Assembly: GCA_964016885.1 (NCBI GenBank)
Contig: OZ024766.1
Location: forward strand, 7,378,001 to 7,442,000
Source of the DNA: Eledone cirrhosa
Taxonomy: Eukaryota
Length of the DNA stretch: 64,000 nucleotides
Direction of reading: 5' to 3'
The notes below the pieces were generated by a model. The model saw only the letters and a list, made by a program, of their open reading frames with translations, made no database searches and was not told the DNA's origin. Positions 1-12,637 of this stretch are shown here, piece after piece (the stretch's first letter is position 1; each line of letters starts with the position of its first letter). The position numbers and the translations under genes are program-made.

Positions 1-938
1 GGGCAGAGGTGGTGAGAGCTGACCTCAGAAAGGGTAGACCTGGGCAGAGGTGACCTCAGTAGACCTGGGAAGAGGTGGTGAGAGGTGACCTCAGTAGGGG
101 TAGACCTGGGCAGGGGTGGTGAGAGCTGACCTCAGTAGGGGTAGACCTGGGCAGGGGTGGTGAGAGCTGACCTCAGTAGGGGTAGATCTGGGCAGGGGTG
201 GTGAGAGCTGACCTCAGAAAGGGTAGACCTGGGCAGAGGTGACCTCAGTAGACCTGGGAAGAGGTGGTGAGAGGTGACCTCAGTAGGGGTAGACCTGGGC
301 AGGGGTGGTGAGAGCTGACCTCAGTAGGGGTAGACCTGGGCAGGGGTGGTGAGAGCTGACCTCAGTAGGGGTAGACCTGGGCAGGGGTGGTGAGAGCTGA
401 CCTCAGTAGAGGTAGACCTGGGCAGGGGTGGTGAGAGCTGACCTCAGTAGCGGTAGACCTGGGCAGGGGTGGTGAGAGCTGACCTCAGTAGAGGTAGACC
501 TGGGCAGAGGTGACCTCAGTAGGGGTAGATCTGGGCAGGGGTGGTGAGAGCTGACCTCAGTAGAGGTAGACCTGGGCAGAGGTGACCTCAGTAGGGGTAC
601 ACCTGGGCAGAGGTGGTGAGAGGTGACCTCAGTAGGGGTAGACCTGGGAACGGGTGGTAAGAGCTGACCTCAGTAGGGGTAGACCTGGGCAGAGGTGGTG
701 AGAGGTGACCTCAGTAGACCTGGGCAGGGGTGGTGCGAGGTGACCTCAGTAGGGGTAGACTTGGGCAGGGGTTGTGAGAGGTGACCTCAGTAGGGGTAAA
801 CCTGGGCAGAGGTGGTGAGAGCTGAGACTCACTCACAGAGGAGATGACAAAGTATGACGATGAGTGAAGAGATGCTGTGCTGAGAAGGACCTGTTCAACC
901 CCTGCAAGTGTGGAAAAGCAGACTTATAAACGTTGATG
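1..938 (+). repeat. ~41-bp minisatellite (AGTAGGGGTAGACCTGGGCAGGGGTGGTGAGAGCTGACCTC) running into an RTE LINE 3' end
   Basis: Tandem units 1-830, then CTCACAGAGGAGATGACAAAG...GATGCTGTGCTGAGAAGGACC...CCCTGCAAG...GGAAAAGCAGAC, which matches the RTE 3' ends at 2075-2180 and 15470-15590. Confidence 0.85.
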
Positions 939-1047
939 GAAATCTTTGTCAAACCATATTTCTATCTTGTGTTAGAAACACAAAATGTGATAAACCTACA
1001 TTTAGAAAGTGCATCTACATATATATATATATATATGTGTGTGTGAG

Positions 1048-1200
1048 TCCCAGGTTCAATCAGGGGTAACCACAGTAAGTAAGGTACTCAATACATTAGT
1101 AAAGTATACATTTTTAACATAGAAATGGCTTCTACAGGACGAGAACTGTTTCATTCAAAGCTTTCCGGATGATCTTCAAATGAAACAGCTCTGTAGTCAT
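1048..1200. mobile_element. TA-flanked fold-back element, family A (degenerate copy)
   Basis: CCCAGGTTCAATCAGGGGTAACCACAGTAAGTAAGGTACTCAATAC shared with 19098, 20841 and 39590; partial inverted repeat. Confidence 0.7.
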
Positions 1201-1394
1201 TTATATATATATGAGTGTGTGTTTATATATATCATATATATATATATATAAACAAGAGGTGTAAGACAACAGGTTAAAATTAACTTTGTTTATTCATATT
1301 CACTGTTATATATATTTCAGTGGTAACTGTTAATCAACAGCTGCACACTTCGTTGAGTGCTTTACAATGTATACTGAAGTGTTGGCAAATTTAT

Positions 1395-2184
1395 ATGGTA
1401 GTGAGACATGCGACGGCTGGAGAGAAATGAGGCAAGCATGCTCGGTTGGATGTGCAATGTCAATGTGTGTGAACGACCAAGCATAGATGAGTTGAGAGAG
1501 AAACTGTGTAGAAGAGGGATAAGTTGTGGTGTGCAGGAAAGAAGACTGAGATGGTATGGACATGTGATGTGTTGAGAGAGAAACTGTGTATAAGAGGGAT
1601 AAGTTGTGGTGTGCAGGAGAGGAGAGGAGACTGAGATGGTATGGACATGTGATGAGTTGAGAGAGAAACTGTGTATAAGAGGGATAAGTTGTGGTGTGCA
1701 GGAGAGGAGAGAAGACTGAGATGGTATGGACATGTGATGAGTTGAGAGAGAAACTGTGTATAAGAGGGATAAGTTGTGGTGTGCAGGAGAGAAGACTGAG
1801 ATGGTATGGACATGTGATGAGTTGAGAGAGAAACTGTGTATAAGAGGGATAAGTTGTGGTGTGCAGGAGAGGAGACTGAGATGGTATGGACATGTGATGA
1901 GTTGAGAGAGAAACTGTGTATAAGAGGGATAAGTTGTGGTGTGCAGGAGAGAAGACTGAGATGGTATGGACATGTGAGGAGCATGGAGGATGACTGCTGG
2001 GTAAAGAAGTGCCAAGAAATTCCAGTGGAGGACCACGAAAAACGTGGTGAGAGCAGACCTCAGATGGCTGAAACTCACCGAGGAGATGACAAAGGACCGT
2101 GACAAGTGGAGAGATCCTGTGCTGAATAGGACCCGTCCCACCCTTGCAAGCAGGGAAAAGCGGACCTAAAATGATGATGATGAT
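1395..2184 (+). mobile_element. 5'-truncated RTE-clade LINE with six internal 80-85-bp tandem copies and a (GAT)n tail
   Basis: Translates to RRLERNEASML...LREKLCIRGISCGVQERRLRWYGHVRSMEDDCWVKKC, the typical RTE ORF C-terminus; ends ATGATGATGATGAT. Confidence 0.9.
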
Positions 2185-2300
2185 CAGAGACCCACATGCT
2201 TACAGCTTCATACTTATATACATGTCCTCTTAGCTCCATATGGATGAATAAAAAACACATGTACAGCCTTATATACTAAACAATTTGTCTTCTTTTTCAG

Positions 2301-2392
2301 CTAGACACGTTCAATCACTGCCTTTTAGAACAAGATCATCTAACTCAAAACGCCAGCATCAACAGTTTTACAAGAGATGGCAACGTGAATAG
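2301..2392 (+). CDS. Possible terminal coding exon of a plus-strand gene starting upstream of the window (xRHVQSLPFRTRSSNSKRQHQQFYKRWQRE*)
   Basis: Strong acceptor TCTTCTTTTTCAG at 2288-2300, then non-repetitive open frame to TAG; no homologue recognised. Confidence 0.3.
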
Positions 2393-2529
2393 ACCTGTTT
2401 TTTCTTTAGAAAATTTCTTTTTTCATTTCTGCCACTGACCAGTCTCTGCAATCTTTCTCTATCTTCTTTAATTGTTCAATCTGTGGTCAACATCTGGTTA
2501 GCAGATGATAGAAGCAGTTTAGGATCTAC

Positions 2530-3260
2530 TACGGCCAGTTAAACCCTGGTCAATACCAGGTTAAAGGGGAGAAAGAAGCAGTTTAAGGGTGTGTACTTCT
2601 TATAGGATCTCCTACAGACAGCTAAACCCTGGTCAATACCAGGTTAGAGAGTGATTCAAGCAGTTTAAGGGTGTGTAGTCATAAGATATCCTACAGCTAG
2701 CTAAACCCTGGTCAATGGCATGGGAGAGGGTGTAAGAAGCAATTTGAGGGTGTTTACGTCAGCTAAACCCCGGTGAATGTCTGGTTAGCAGGCAATAATT
2801 TAAGGGTTTATGCTTCTCATAAGATCTAAGGCCAGCTAAATACCAGGTTAGAGGGTGATTGAAGCACTTTTAAGGGTATGTAGTTCTCATAGGGCCCCCT
2901 TCAGTCAGCTAAACCCTGGTCAATGCCAGGTTAGAGGGTGATTGAAGCAATTTTAAGGGTATGTAGTTCTCATAGGGCCCCCTTCAGTCAGCTAAACCCT
3001 GGTCAATGCCAGGTTAGCAGGCTAAAGAGACAGTTTTAGGGTGTATACGTCCCATAGCATCATAAACCCTTGTCAATTCCCAGCTTTAGGGTGTGTACTT
3101 CTCATGGGATCCCCTACGGCCAGCACCAGGTTAGAGGGTGAAAGAAACAGTTTTAGGGTGTGTACTTCTCATAAAATCCCCTACAGCCAGCTAAACCCTG
3201 GTGAATGCCAGGGTAGAGGGTGAAAGAAACAGTTTTAGGGTGTATACTTCTCATAGGAAC
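2530..3260 (+). repeat. Degenerate minisatellite (CAGCTAAACCCTGGTCAATGCCAGGTTAGAGGG...)
   Basis: Recurrent TAAACCCTGGT and TTTAAGGGTGTGTA motifs. Confidence 0.8.
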
Positions 3261-3795
3261 CCCATTATATATATATATATGTATATTGCCAAAGTTAATT
3301 CGCAGACATTGTACTAAAAAAAATTGTGACTTATCTCCCCTTGGTTATTACCTCCCTTGATTTGAAGAACTCATGTTTTTTTTTTTTTCGATACGCCTTG
3401 GATTACATTTGGTCTGGAACTTCTTTGGGAGACTGGCCAGCCTAGTGTGGCCCTACAAGGAGCAATATTTCCAGATGGATATTTACCTAATTAACCCACC
3501 GCTGACTACATTATCGAGCCCCATTTTTTACAGCATTTATATTTTGGATATATCTTCCTAATAAATGTCGTAAATGTAGCGAGACTGGTGTCAGTACGGA
3601 GGTAAGTAATCTATATTTTTAATTATTCATTGAAGAAAAAAATATAAATGAAATGAGTGGATGTATTTCGTTCGGAATATAGATTTCCATGAGAAGATTG
3701 TTAGTTGTATATATAAACACGTTTCTTTGTTGTTCTGAGCGAAAGTCTGGAGAATAAGTGGAAGAAAAAAAAGGGTTGATAGTGTAAAAATATAC

Positions 3796-4440
3796 ACACA
3801 TGTACACCAGTTCCGAACACAGAGGAACCAAACACCCACTGTCATCACCTCTGTCTCTCTCACACATGTACACCAGTTCCGAACACAGAGGAACCAAACA
3901 CCCACTGTCTCTCTCACACATGTACACCAGTTCCGAACACAGAGGAACCAAACACCCACTGTCATCACCTCAATCTCTCTCTCCCTCCCATCTCACATGT
4001 ACACCAGTTCCGAACACAGAGGAACCAAACACCCACTGTCATCACCTCTGTATCTCTCCATATCTCATGTACACCAGTTCCGAACACAGAGGAACCAAAC
4101 ACCCACTGTCATCACCTCTGTCTCTCTCACACATGTACACCAGTTCCGAACTCCCACTGTCATCACCTCTGTATCTCTCCATCTCTCATGTACACCAGTT
4201 CAGAACACAGAGGAACCAAACACCCACTGTCATCACCTCTGTATCTCTCCATCTCTCATGTACACCAGTTCCGAACTCCCACTGTCATCACCTCAATCTC
4301 TCTCTCCCTCCCATATACACCAGTTCCAAACACAGAGGAACCAAACTCCCACTGTCATCACCTCTGTCTCTCTCACACATGTACACCAGTTCCGAACACA
4401 GAGGAACCAAACTCCCACTGCCATCACCTCCATCTCTCAC
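3796..4440 (+). repeat. Minisatellite (CATGTACACCAGTTCCGAACACAGAGGAACCAAACACCCACTGTCATCACCTC), variable unit length
   Basis: About 10 visible tandem copies; overlapping ORFs are repeat artefacts. Confidence 0.9.
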
Positions 4441-5439
4441 TATTATGGACAAATGGGGCCCCACGGTTGACAGAATGGAGACGGTGGATATATAGTTATA
4501 TTTATATATAGTTATGTTTGTATATATTTATATATGTACATATGTGTGTATATATTTATATAGTTATGTTTGTATATATTTATATATGTACATATGTGTG
4601 TATATATATATATAGTTATGTTTGTATATATTTATAGTTATGTTTGTATATATATATATATGTACATGTGTATATATATAGTTATGTTTGTATATATTTA
4701 TATAGTTATGTACATATGTGTGTATATATATGTTGGGCAGTCTGGTTTCTTGTGGCCCTGGGACGGCATATGTATATATATATATCTTCGTAATAAATGT
4801 CTTAAATGTAGCGGTCCTGGCGTCAGTACAGAGGTAAGTAATCTATATTTTTAATTATTTATTGAAGAAAAAAATATAAACGAAATGAATGGAGGTAATT
4901 CGTTCGGAATAGAGATTTTCATGAGAAAATTGTTAGTGCGTTGGTCTGAAGACGATATTTTTTATGAATATAATTTCATAATTTATAGAGACAAAAAGGT
5001 TCAGAGGTCGAATCCCTCATCGTCTCAGTACCACCAATGCGCTAATAAGTTTCTTGTAGAAATATCTCTACTCAGAACCCCAAATTACCTCCCTTCGTTT
5101 CGTTTATTTTTTTTTAAGCAAAAATTGTGAAAAGTACCCATAAGTATGTGTTTGGAACTCAGTAGAATTGCGGCCTTCGAGGTGGCGCGCGAGCTGCGTC
5201 TCGTATCGCCGGTCCCAGTGACTGACGTTCGTTTCGTAGTGGCGTGCGACTGCTAAAAGGGCCTGGGACTGTCTGGGCCGGTACGTAGATACTGGCCCGT
5301 CCCAGACCACCTCGGAGAATTTTTTTGCTAAAAAAACCTCGATTATCTCCCCTTGGATTTTACCTCCCTTGATCTTAAGAATTCATTTTGATTTTAAGAA
5401 TTGATTTAGATTTTTCGACATTTTGAATGCATCTCATCT

Positions 5440-6612
5440 TCTCGACTTTTCAAAAACACCCGTTTCATATAGATTTTTTTTTCGACTTTTCAAAAACACC
5501 CGTTTCATATAGATTTTTTTTTCGACTTTTCAAAAACACCCGTTTCATATAGATTTTTTTTTCGACACTTTGAAAAACACTCATTTCATATAGATTTTTT
5601 TTTCGACTTTTCAAAAACACCCGTTTCATATAGATTTTTTTTTCGACCTTTCAAAAACACCCGTTTCATATAGATTTTTTTTTCGACTTTTCAAAAACAC
5701 ACATTTCATATAGATTTTTTTTTCGACTTTTCAAAAACACTCATTTCATATAGATTTTTTTTTCGACTTTTCAAAAACACTCATTTCATATAGATTTTTT
5801 TTTCGACTTTTCAAAAACACTCATTTCATATAGATTTTTTTTTCGACTTTTCAAAAACACTAATTTCATATAGATTTTTTTTTCGACTTTTCAAAAACAC
5901 TCGTTTCATATAGATTTCTTTTTCGACTTTTCAAAAACACCCGTTTCATATAGATTTTTTTTCGACACTTTGAAAAACACCCGTTTCATATAGATTTTTT
6001 TTCGACACTTTGAAAAACACTCATTTCATATAGATTTTTTTTTCGACTTTTCAAAAACACTCATTTCATATAGATTTTTTTTTCGACTTTTCAAAAACAC
6101 TCATTTCATATAGATTTTTTTTTCGACTTTTCAAAAACACTAATTTCATATAGATTTTTTTTTCGACTTTTCAAAAACACTCGTTTCATATAGATTTCTT
6201 TTTCGACTTTTCAAAAACACCCGTTTCATATAGATTTTTTTTCGACACTTTGAAAAACACCCGTTTCATATAGATTTTTTTTCGACACTTTGAAAAACAC
6301 TCGTTTCATACAGATTTTTTTTTCGACTTTTCAAAAACACCCGTTTCATATAGATTTTTTTTTTAGACACTTTATTTAGATTCTTAGTTTTTTTTAGACA
6401 CTTCATTTAGATTCTTAATTTCTTTTCAGACACTTCATCTAGATTCTTAGTTTCTTTTTTTAGATTCTTAATTTCTTTTTAGACACTTCATTTAGATTCT
6501 TAGTTTCTTTTTTTTTTTTAGACACTTCATCTACATTCTTAAATTTCTTTCTAGACACTTCATCTACATTCTTAGTTTCTTTTTTTTTAGACACTTCATT
6601 TAGATTCTTATT
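5440..6612 (+). repeat. ~40-bp minisatellite (TTCGACTTTTCAAAAACACCCGTTTCATATAGATTTTTTT) grading into a ~30-bp TAGACACTTCATTTAGATTCTTA repeat
   Basis: More than 20 tandem copies visible. Confidence 0.95.
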
Positions 6613-7295
6613 ATTCAAGGGAGACAACTCATACTTTGAAAGAGTTACCTCCCTTTATTACATACTTTTAAAAACTGCAAGGGAGACAACTCATACTTTT
6701 AAAGAGTTACCTCCCTTTAATAATGAAAAAAAGTAACCTTATTTTCTTTGAAAGAATTTACTCCTTTATTATTGCGATGGACGTTTTAGACAGTCGGAAT
6801 TTCTTTCAAAGACGAGAGCCATTTATATGTCTTGAGGCTGATTTCTTTTGTCAAAATATTAATCCAACTTGTATATAATAAGCAAAGATTTCTTTATTAA
6901 CAGAAACTTTGTTTATGAATCTAAAGGCTCATCTTTTTTTGTCAAATAAACTGAACACAACTCGTAAATAAAATTTAAAGATTTTTTTTTATTAACAAAA
7001 ACTTTATTCGTAAATAATATTTAAATATTTCTTTTATTAACAGACACTTCATCACTGTTCAGGAAACTTGGACTTGTAAATACTTTCACAAGGAAAACAT
7101 TCTTTCAGTGGTTGCAGCAAACAACACAGCATCTGACCGAGAAGGCTGGACATCTGTAAGACCGAGAAGGTTGGACATCTGTAAGAAAGATGAAATAAGA
7201 AAAACTATGAAAGTCATTTATATACATTGTCAATAAAATAAATTAAAACTTTATCAAATTCTTCTCGTTTTGTCTTTTATTATGTACATATATAT

Positions 7296-7400
7296 TCTGA
7301 GTTCAAATCCCGCCGAGGTTGACTTTGCCTTTCATCCTTACGGGGTCGATAAAATAAAGTACCAGTAATTGCTGGCCTTGTGCCTAAAATAGAAACAATT
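7296..7400 (+). mobile_element. MetaSINE-type SINE fragment; further copies near 10682(-), 14076, 15725, 19925, 28790(-), 35683, 41556(-), 61365(-), 61758(-)
   Basis: B-box GAGTTCAAATCC plus GACTTTGCCTTTCATCCTTACGGGGTCGATAAAATAAAGTACCAG, resembling the Meta SINE central domain. Confidence 0.75.
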
Positions 7401-8339
7401 ATGTACATATATATTTGTGTGTATATACATTTAAATACTTACGTTGTCAATTAAAAAAATGTTGAACTTTATCAAATTCTTCCAACTTATTTAGATACAT
7501 CAGATGGGAAATACTTAATCCACAAGTGAGGTCCCGGGGGTCAGCAGAGATAGGCCGATGCTTCAATAGAGAAGGTGTCACAATATGTAGCATCCCAGAC
7601 GAGGGGGAATACCCCTACGGAACGAGAAAAGTATGCATGTGTGTGTATATATATATATATGTCGACAGTCGATTGACCTTCGTCAAATCAGACCGACGAA
7701 TTATGTTTCCGTTTGTCTTTCCATCTGTCGCACCGTGAAATAAAGTGTCTTGCTCAAGGACATAATGCATCACCTGGTCAAGGAATCGAATGCACAACCT
7801 CACGATTGCGAATCCAATATATATATTGTTATATTGCCTGAAATAATAAACATTGATTGCCAAATAAATTAACTATGGAGATACAGAAGCGAAAAGCAAC
7901 CAAACAGTGAGTGTGTTCTGTTGGCCCTCCCCAAGTATAACTATATGTATGTATAAGATAACGTAAGTAAACAGAGAAGAGGCGGACCAGAGGTTAAATG
8001 TTAAACGAAGAAGAGTACAACTAGAAAAACAGAGACTCTGCGGAAAAAGGAACCCTAAGCCCGCCAGGGGAAAACTAATTAGTGACCACACCTGGTAACT
8101 AATTAAGGTAAGAAAAAGCTGTACAGAGCAAAAAAAAAAAAAGCAGATTAAGGATGAGAACAAAAATACGTCCGACTTGCAGTATGTGATAGATTAGATG
8201 GGGTTATCTGATAGGGTCAGCTGCAGCCATCATCGCCCCACACACACATTAGTGACCAACGAGACCAAAAACATGTTAGTTGGTATACATGGTCATCTAA
8301 ACAGATCTGGGGACCTCAGAGAAAAATTTGGGAGTATTA

Positions 8340-9105
8340 AGCCTAAGTCTAATATATCTGTCAATTTATCTCCAACGACTCCCAGGTGAGAGACATGATA
8401 ACCAGGTCCTATATTGGGAAGTGGACGTCCCAAGATGATCTGGTGCCAGACAATCGACAGAGACCTGAAACTCGTCCAACAAAAGTTTGAACGATGTATT
8501 GATAGATGTAACTGACCATGGTGGACATTGGTTGCTCGTATGTCTCAAGATGTGGGAGTTTTAAGTCTAATCTATCTGTCTATCTCTCAAATGAGAGACA
8601 TGATAATCCAAATGGAAATAAAAATACAAAGTTAGTTTCAATAAAATAAAACTTTACTTTACATTCGTAAAAATGGTAAAAATCCAAGTTTTTAACGTTT
8701 ATTTTTTTTTCTGTAGCTTGGAAAACATGTTTAAAATTTAAGCAGAGAGAGAGATAAACCAAAAGGGGTCCGTTCTGTGTAAATCTGTATTGATACCCCC
8801 CTCCCAAGAATGTAGATGAAGTGTCTAAAAACGAAACTACGTCTGTCTGTCTGTCTATTTCACACGACTCCCAAGTGAGAGACATGACAATCAGGTCCTG
8901 TATTGGTACCCACCTCTGTGGAAAGAGACGAAGAAGACCTCCCAAGATGATCTGGTGACAGACAATCGACAAAGACCTGAAACTCGTCAACAAAAGTTGG
9001 AATGATGTATTGATAGATGTAACTGACCATGGTGGACTTTGGAGGACATTGGTTGCCTCCTATGTCTCAAGAGTCTAATTAGTTTTAGAGATAATTGCGA
9101 CTATG
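8340..9105 (+). mobile_element. Fragments of a second RTE-like LINE 3' end (also 9851-10235)
   Basis: GKRRRG(C/P)PKMIWCQTIDxDLK...W.TLVA motif, repeated several times. Confidence 0.7.
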
Positions 9106-9722
9106 ACAAAGAGAAAGTCCTCCAAAACGAAGTCACAACTGAACAAAACATAAAGGTGAACTAGAAATATATTATTTACCAAGTTACACCAACGTAAGAA
9201 ACTAACTAAAAATCTATGATAAACTATTTCATTAAATTGTGTACATCACACACACACACACATATATATAGATAGAGAGCTAGACAAAAAGACAGAGATA
9301 GAGAGCTAGACAAACAGACAGATAGATAGAGAGAGAGAGCTAGACAAACAGACAGATAAAGAGAGCTAAACAGATAGAGAGATAAAGAGCAAGACAGGCA
9401 AATAGAGAGCTAGACAGACAGAGAGATAGAGAGAGCTAGACAAACAGACAGATAGAGAGAGCTAGACAGATAGAGAGAGCTAGACAAACAGATAAAGAGA
9501 GCTAGACAGACAGAGAGATAAAGAGCAAGACACAGGCAAATAGAGAGCTAGACAGACAGAGAGATGTGTGTTCAATCAAAGGGGATCAAAAACCACCAGA
9601 GTGACAAACATTAACTACGGAAGGAATGGTGAATATAAATCAATAAAAAGAATATATTAAAGTGTACTAACCATTCGATTATAACTATGTTGGGGGTGTT
9701 GTATTAAAATGTGGTAGAAATA

Positions 9723-10385
9723 CGGGGGTGACCCACCAAAACACTCTTTGATTTCAAATACTTATGGTATGAAATCTTAAATGAATATTCTTACAATTTT
9801 GGTGGCTACAGTTGCATAAACTAACAAGTTTCGTGTGGTGTTGGTTGATACCTGAAACCCGTCAACAAAAGTTGGAACGATGTATTGACAGATGTAACTG
9901 ACAATGGTGATCGTTGGAACACTTTGGTTGCCAGGTATGTCTCGACATATGGGAGTTTTAAGTCTAATCTGTCTGTCCGTCTATCTATCTCCCACGACTC
10001 CCAGGTGAGAGACATGAAAATCAGGTCCTGTATTGGTACCCCTTCGTCTGGAAAGAGGCGAAGAGGATGTCCCAAGATGATCTGGTGCCAGACAATCGAC
10101 TGGGACCTGAAAATTATTAACAAAAGTTGGAACGATGTATTGATAGATGTAACTGACCATGGTGGACATTGGAGGACTTTGGTTGCCTCGTGTGTCTCAA
10201 GAGTCTAATTAGTTTTAGAGATAATTGCGACTATGATTTCAAATACTTATGATATGAAATCTTAAATGAATATTCTTACAATTTTCGTGGCTACAGTTGC
10301 ATAAACTAACAAAGTTTCGTGTAGTATTGGTTGATTCCACATCAATGCTATAATCAGCTCTCAGAGTGTTTTGGGTGTCACCCTG
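9723..10385. mobile_element. Tc1/mariner-type MITE interrupted by an RTE fragment
   Basis: Imperfect TIRs TACGGGGGTGACCCACCAAAACACTCT / AGAGTGTTTTGGGTGTCACCCTGTA. Confidence 0.65.
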
Positions 10386-10597
10386 TATATTGAAAAACGT
10401 GAGGAGGGGTAACAATAGCTAAACAAAACTATCGTTTAATAAGTTATTGGTGACATTATGGAGGGAAACAAATATACAATATTTCAATAAAAGACTTCAA
10501 CATAAAATAAAACTTTACTTTACCTTCGTAAAAATGGTAAAAATCCAAGTTTTTAACGTTTATTTTCTACAGGTTAGAAAATACGTCTAAAATTTCA

Positions 10598-10643
10598 GCG
10601 GCCATTTTTTTTCTGAAAAGTTTACATCAATTGCGCATGCGCA
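10598..10643 (-). promoter_or_regulatory. Candidate promoter: NRF1-type palindrome plus YY1-type motif
   Basis: Perfect TGCGCATGCGCA at 10632-10643; AAATGGCCGC on the minus strand at 10598-10607; GAAG|GTAAAG donor at 10524/10523. Confidence 0.45.
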
Positions 10644-10989
10644 GAATATTTTATTTACATATATACAGCTATAATTGTTTCTATTTTTTTGGCACAAGGC
10701 CAGCAATCACTCCAGTGTATTACTGGTACTTTATTTTATCGGCCCCGTAAGGATAAAAGGCAAAGTTAACCTCGGCAGGATTTGAACTCAGACCATAAAG
10801 GGCCGGAACTCTGTACTGCAAAACATGGCGTCCGACTTTGTTTCTACTTTAGGCACAAGGCCAGCAATTTGTGTATATATATATATATATATATGCACAC
10901 ATATATCGATATATAGACATGTATATAAATATACACATATATACAGACACACTTGTATATATATATATATACATATAAATATACACATA

Positions 10990-11089
10990 TAGGGTGTCCC
11001 CCCAAAATGTATACACACTTCAACAGCATTCTAATAAATATTGCCTGTACTGGTAATCAAAGTGCGTGTACATTTTTTTGAGACACCTT
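10990..11089. mobile_element. ~100-bp Tc1/mariner-type MITE
   Basis: TAGGGTGTCCCCCAAAATGTATACACACTT / AAGTGCGTGTACATTTTTTTGAGACACCTTA inverted ends in a TA context. Confidence 0.65.
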
Positions 11090-11149
11090 ATATATATATA
11101 TGCACATCATTCTCATTTGTTGTGGTCATAGTGTTTGACAGTAGTATAT

Positions 11150-11540
11150 ACACTGGTTGGATGCCCTTCCTAACACCAGCACCACTTTACAGCATGGACT
11201 GGGTGCTTTTATTCGTGCCACCAGCACTAGAGAGGTTGTCTTACTGGACTCAGGGGTCCTTTCTACCCCTCCATTTTACAGCATGGACTGGGTGCTTTTA
11301 TTCGTGCCACCAGCACTAGAGAGGTTGTCTTACTGGACTCAGGGGTCCTTTCTACCCCTCCATTTTACAGCATGGACTGGGTGCTTTTATTCGTGCCACC
11401 AGCACTAGAGAGGTTGTCTTACTGGACTCAGGGGTCCTATCTACCCCTCCACTTTACAGCATGGACTGGGTGCTTTTATTCGTGCCACCAGCAGTAGAGA
11501 GGTTGTCTTACTGAATTCAGGGGCCCTCTCTACCCTGCAC
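11150..11540 (-). repeat. ~89-bp x4 array inside a SINE tail
   Basis: Begins with SINE sequence CTGG..GGATGCCCTTCCTAACACC; unit TTACAGCATGGACTGGGTGCTTTTATTCGTGCCACC. Confidence 0.85.
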
Positions 11541-11801
11541 ACATATATATATATATATAGATATACACACACATATATATATACAGATATACACACACAT
11601 ATATATATAGATATACACACATATATATATATACATATATACACACACATATATATATATATATACACACACACATATATATATATATAGATATACACAC
11701 ACATATATATACATACAGGCTGCTGTTGTGTTCACCCCAGACTGCATAAAAGTTGCACTCAACCTGCTCATGCCAAACAGCAGCATGGGTAGACAACACA
11801 A

Positions 11802-12422
11802 GCGCATGGCTTAATGGTTAGAGCATTGCGCTTGCAATCGAAAGGTTGTAAGTTCAATTCTCGGACCAGGTGATGTGTTGTTTCCTTGAGCAAGACACTT
11901 TATTTCACGTTGCTCCACTGTAGAAATGAGATGATAGAACTGGGGTCCCTATCAGTAAATAACCCAAGACACCTCCGACGAGATATACTTTGGAGGAGGC
12001 CAGTTAAACGTGCATAGGTGTGAGCTGTAACATGATAGGACTGGGGTCCCTATCAGTAAATTACCCAAGACACCTCCAACGAGATATACCCTGGAGGAGG
12101 CCAGTTAAATGTGCAGAGGTGTGAGCTGTAACATGATAGGACTGGGGTCCCTATCAGTAAATAACCCAAGACACCTCCGACGAGATATACTTTGGAGGAG
12201 GCCAGTTAAATGTGCAGAGGTGTGAGCTGTAACATGATAGGACTGGGTCCCTATCAGTAAATTACCCAAGACACCTCCAACGAGATATACCCTGGAGGAG
12301 GCCAGTTAAATGTGCAGAGGTGTGAGCTGTAACATGATAGGACTGGGGTCCCTATCAGTAAATTACCCAAGACACCTCCAACGAGATATACCCTGGAGGA
12401 GGCCAGTTAAATGTGCAGAGGT
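11802..12422 (+). mobile_element. tRNA-headed SINE continuing into a ~102-bp x5 minisatellite
   Basis: A-box TGGCTTAATGG, B-box GTTCAATTC, CCTTGAGCAAGACACTT; units carry the hairpin GATAGGACTGGGGTCCCTATC; related array inverted at 49315-50830. Confidence 0.85.
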
Positions 12423-12637
12423 GAGAGGAAGTATGCTGAGGTTGCAGGTACTGCCCTGGTGAAGAGGAGACAGTAGAGACTCCAGTGGCAGAACTGTCTT
12501 TTTTTTAAATAGCGGAAAAGATTATCTTTTCCGCTGTCTGATAATTATCAGATAACACCCTTGGCTTCGTCAAACACAAAGCCAAAGTCAGTCACACCAA
12601 CACCCTTGACCACATCAAATAGAGGACCCAGGCTGGC

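Noticed and set aside
3595-3625. GAG|GTAAGT in a repeated unit as a spliced-leader RNA gene
   Set aside because: No proper Sm site or SL stem-loops visible
11802-11870. tRNA-like sequences (also 39883, 40430, 58860)
   Set aside because: SINE heads continuing into SINE bodies; no intact cloverleaf
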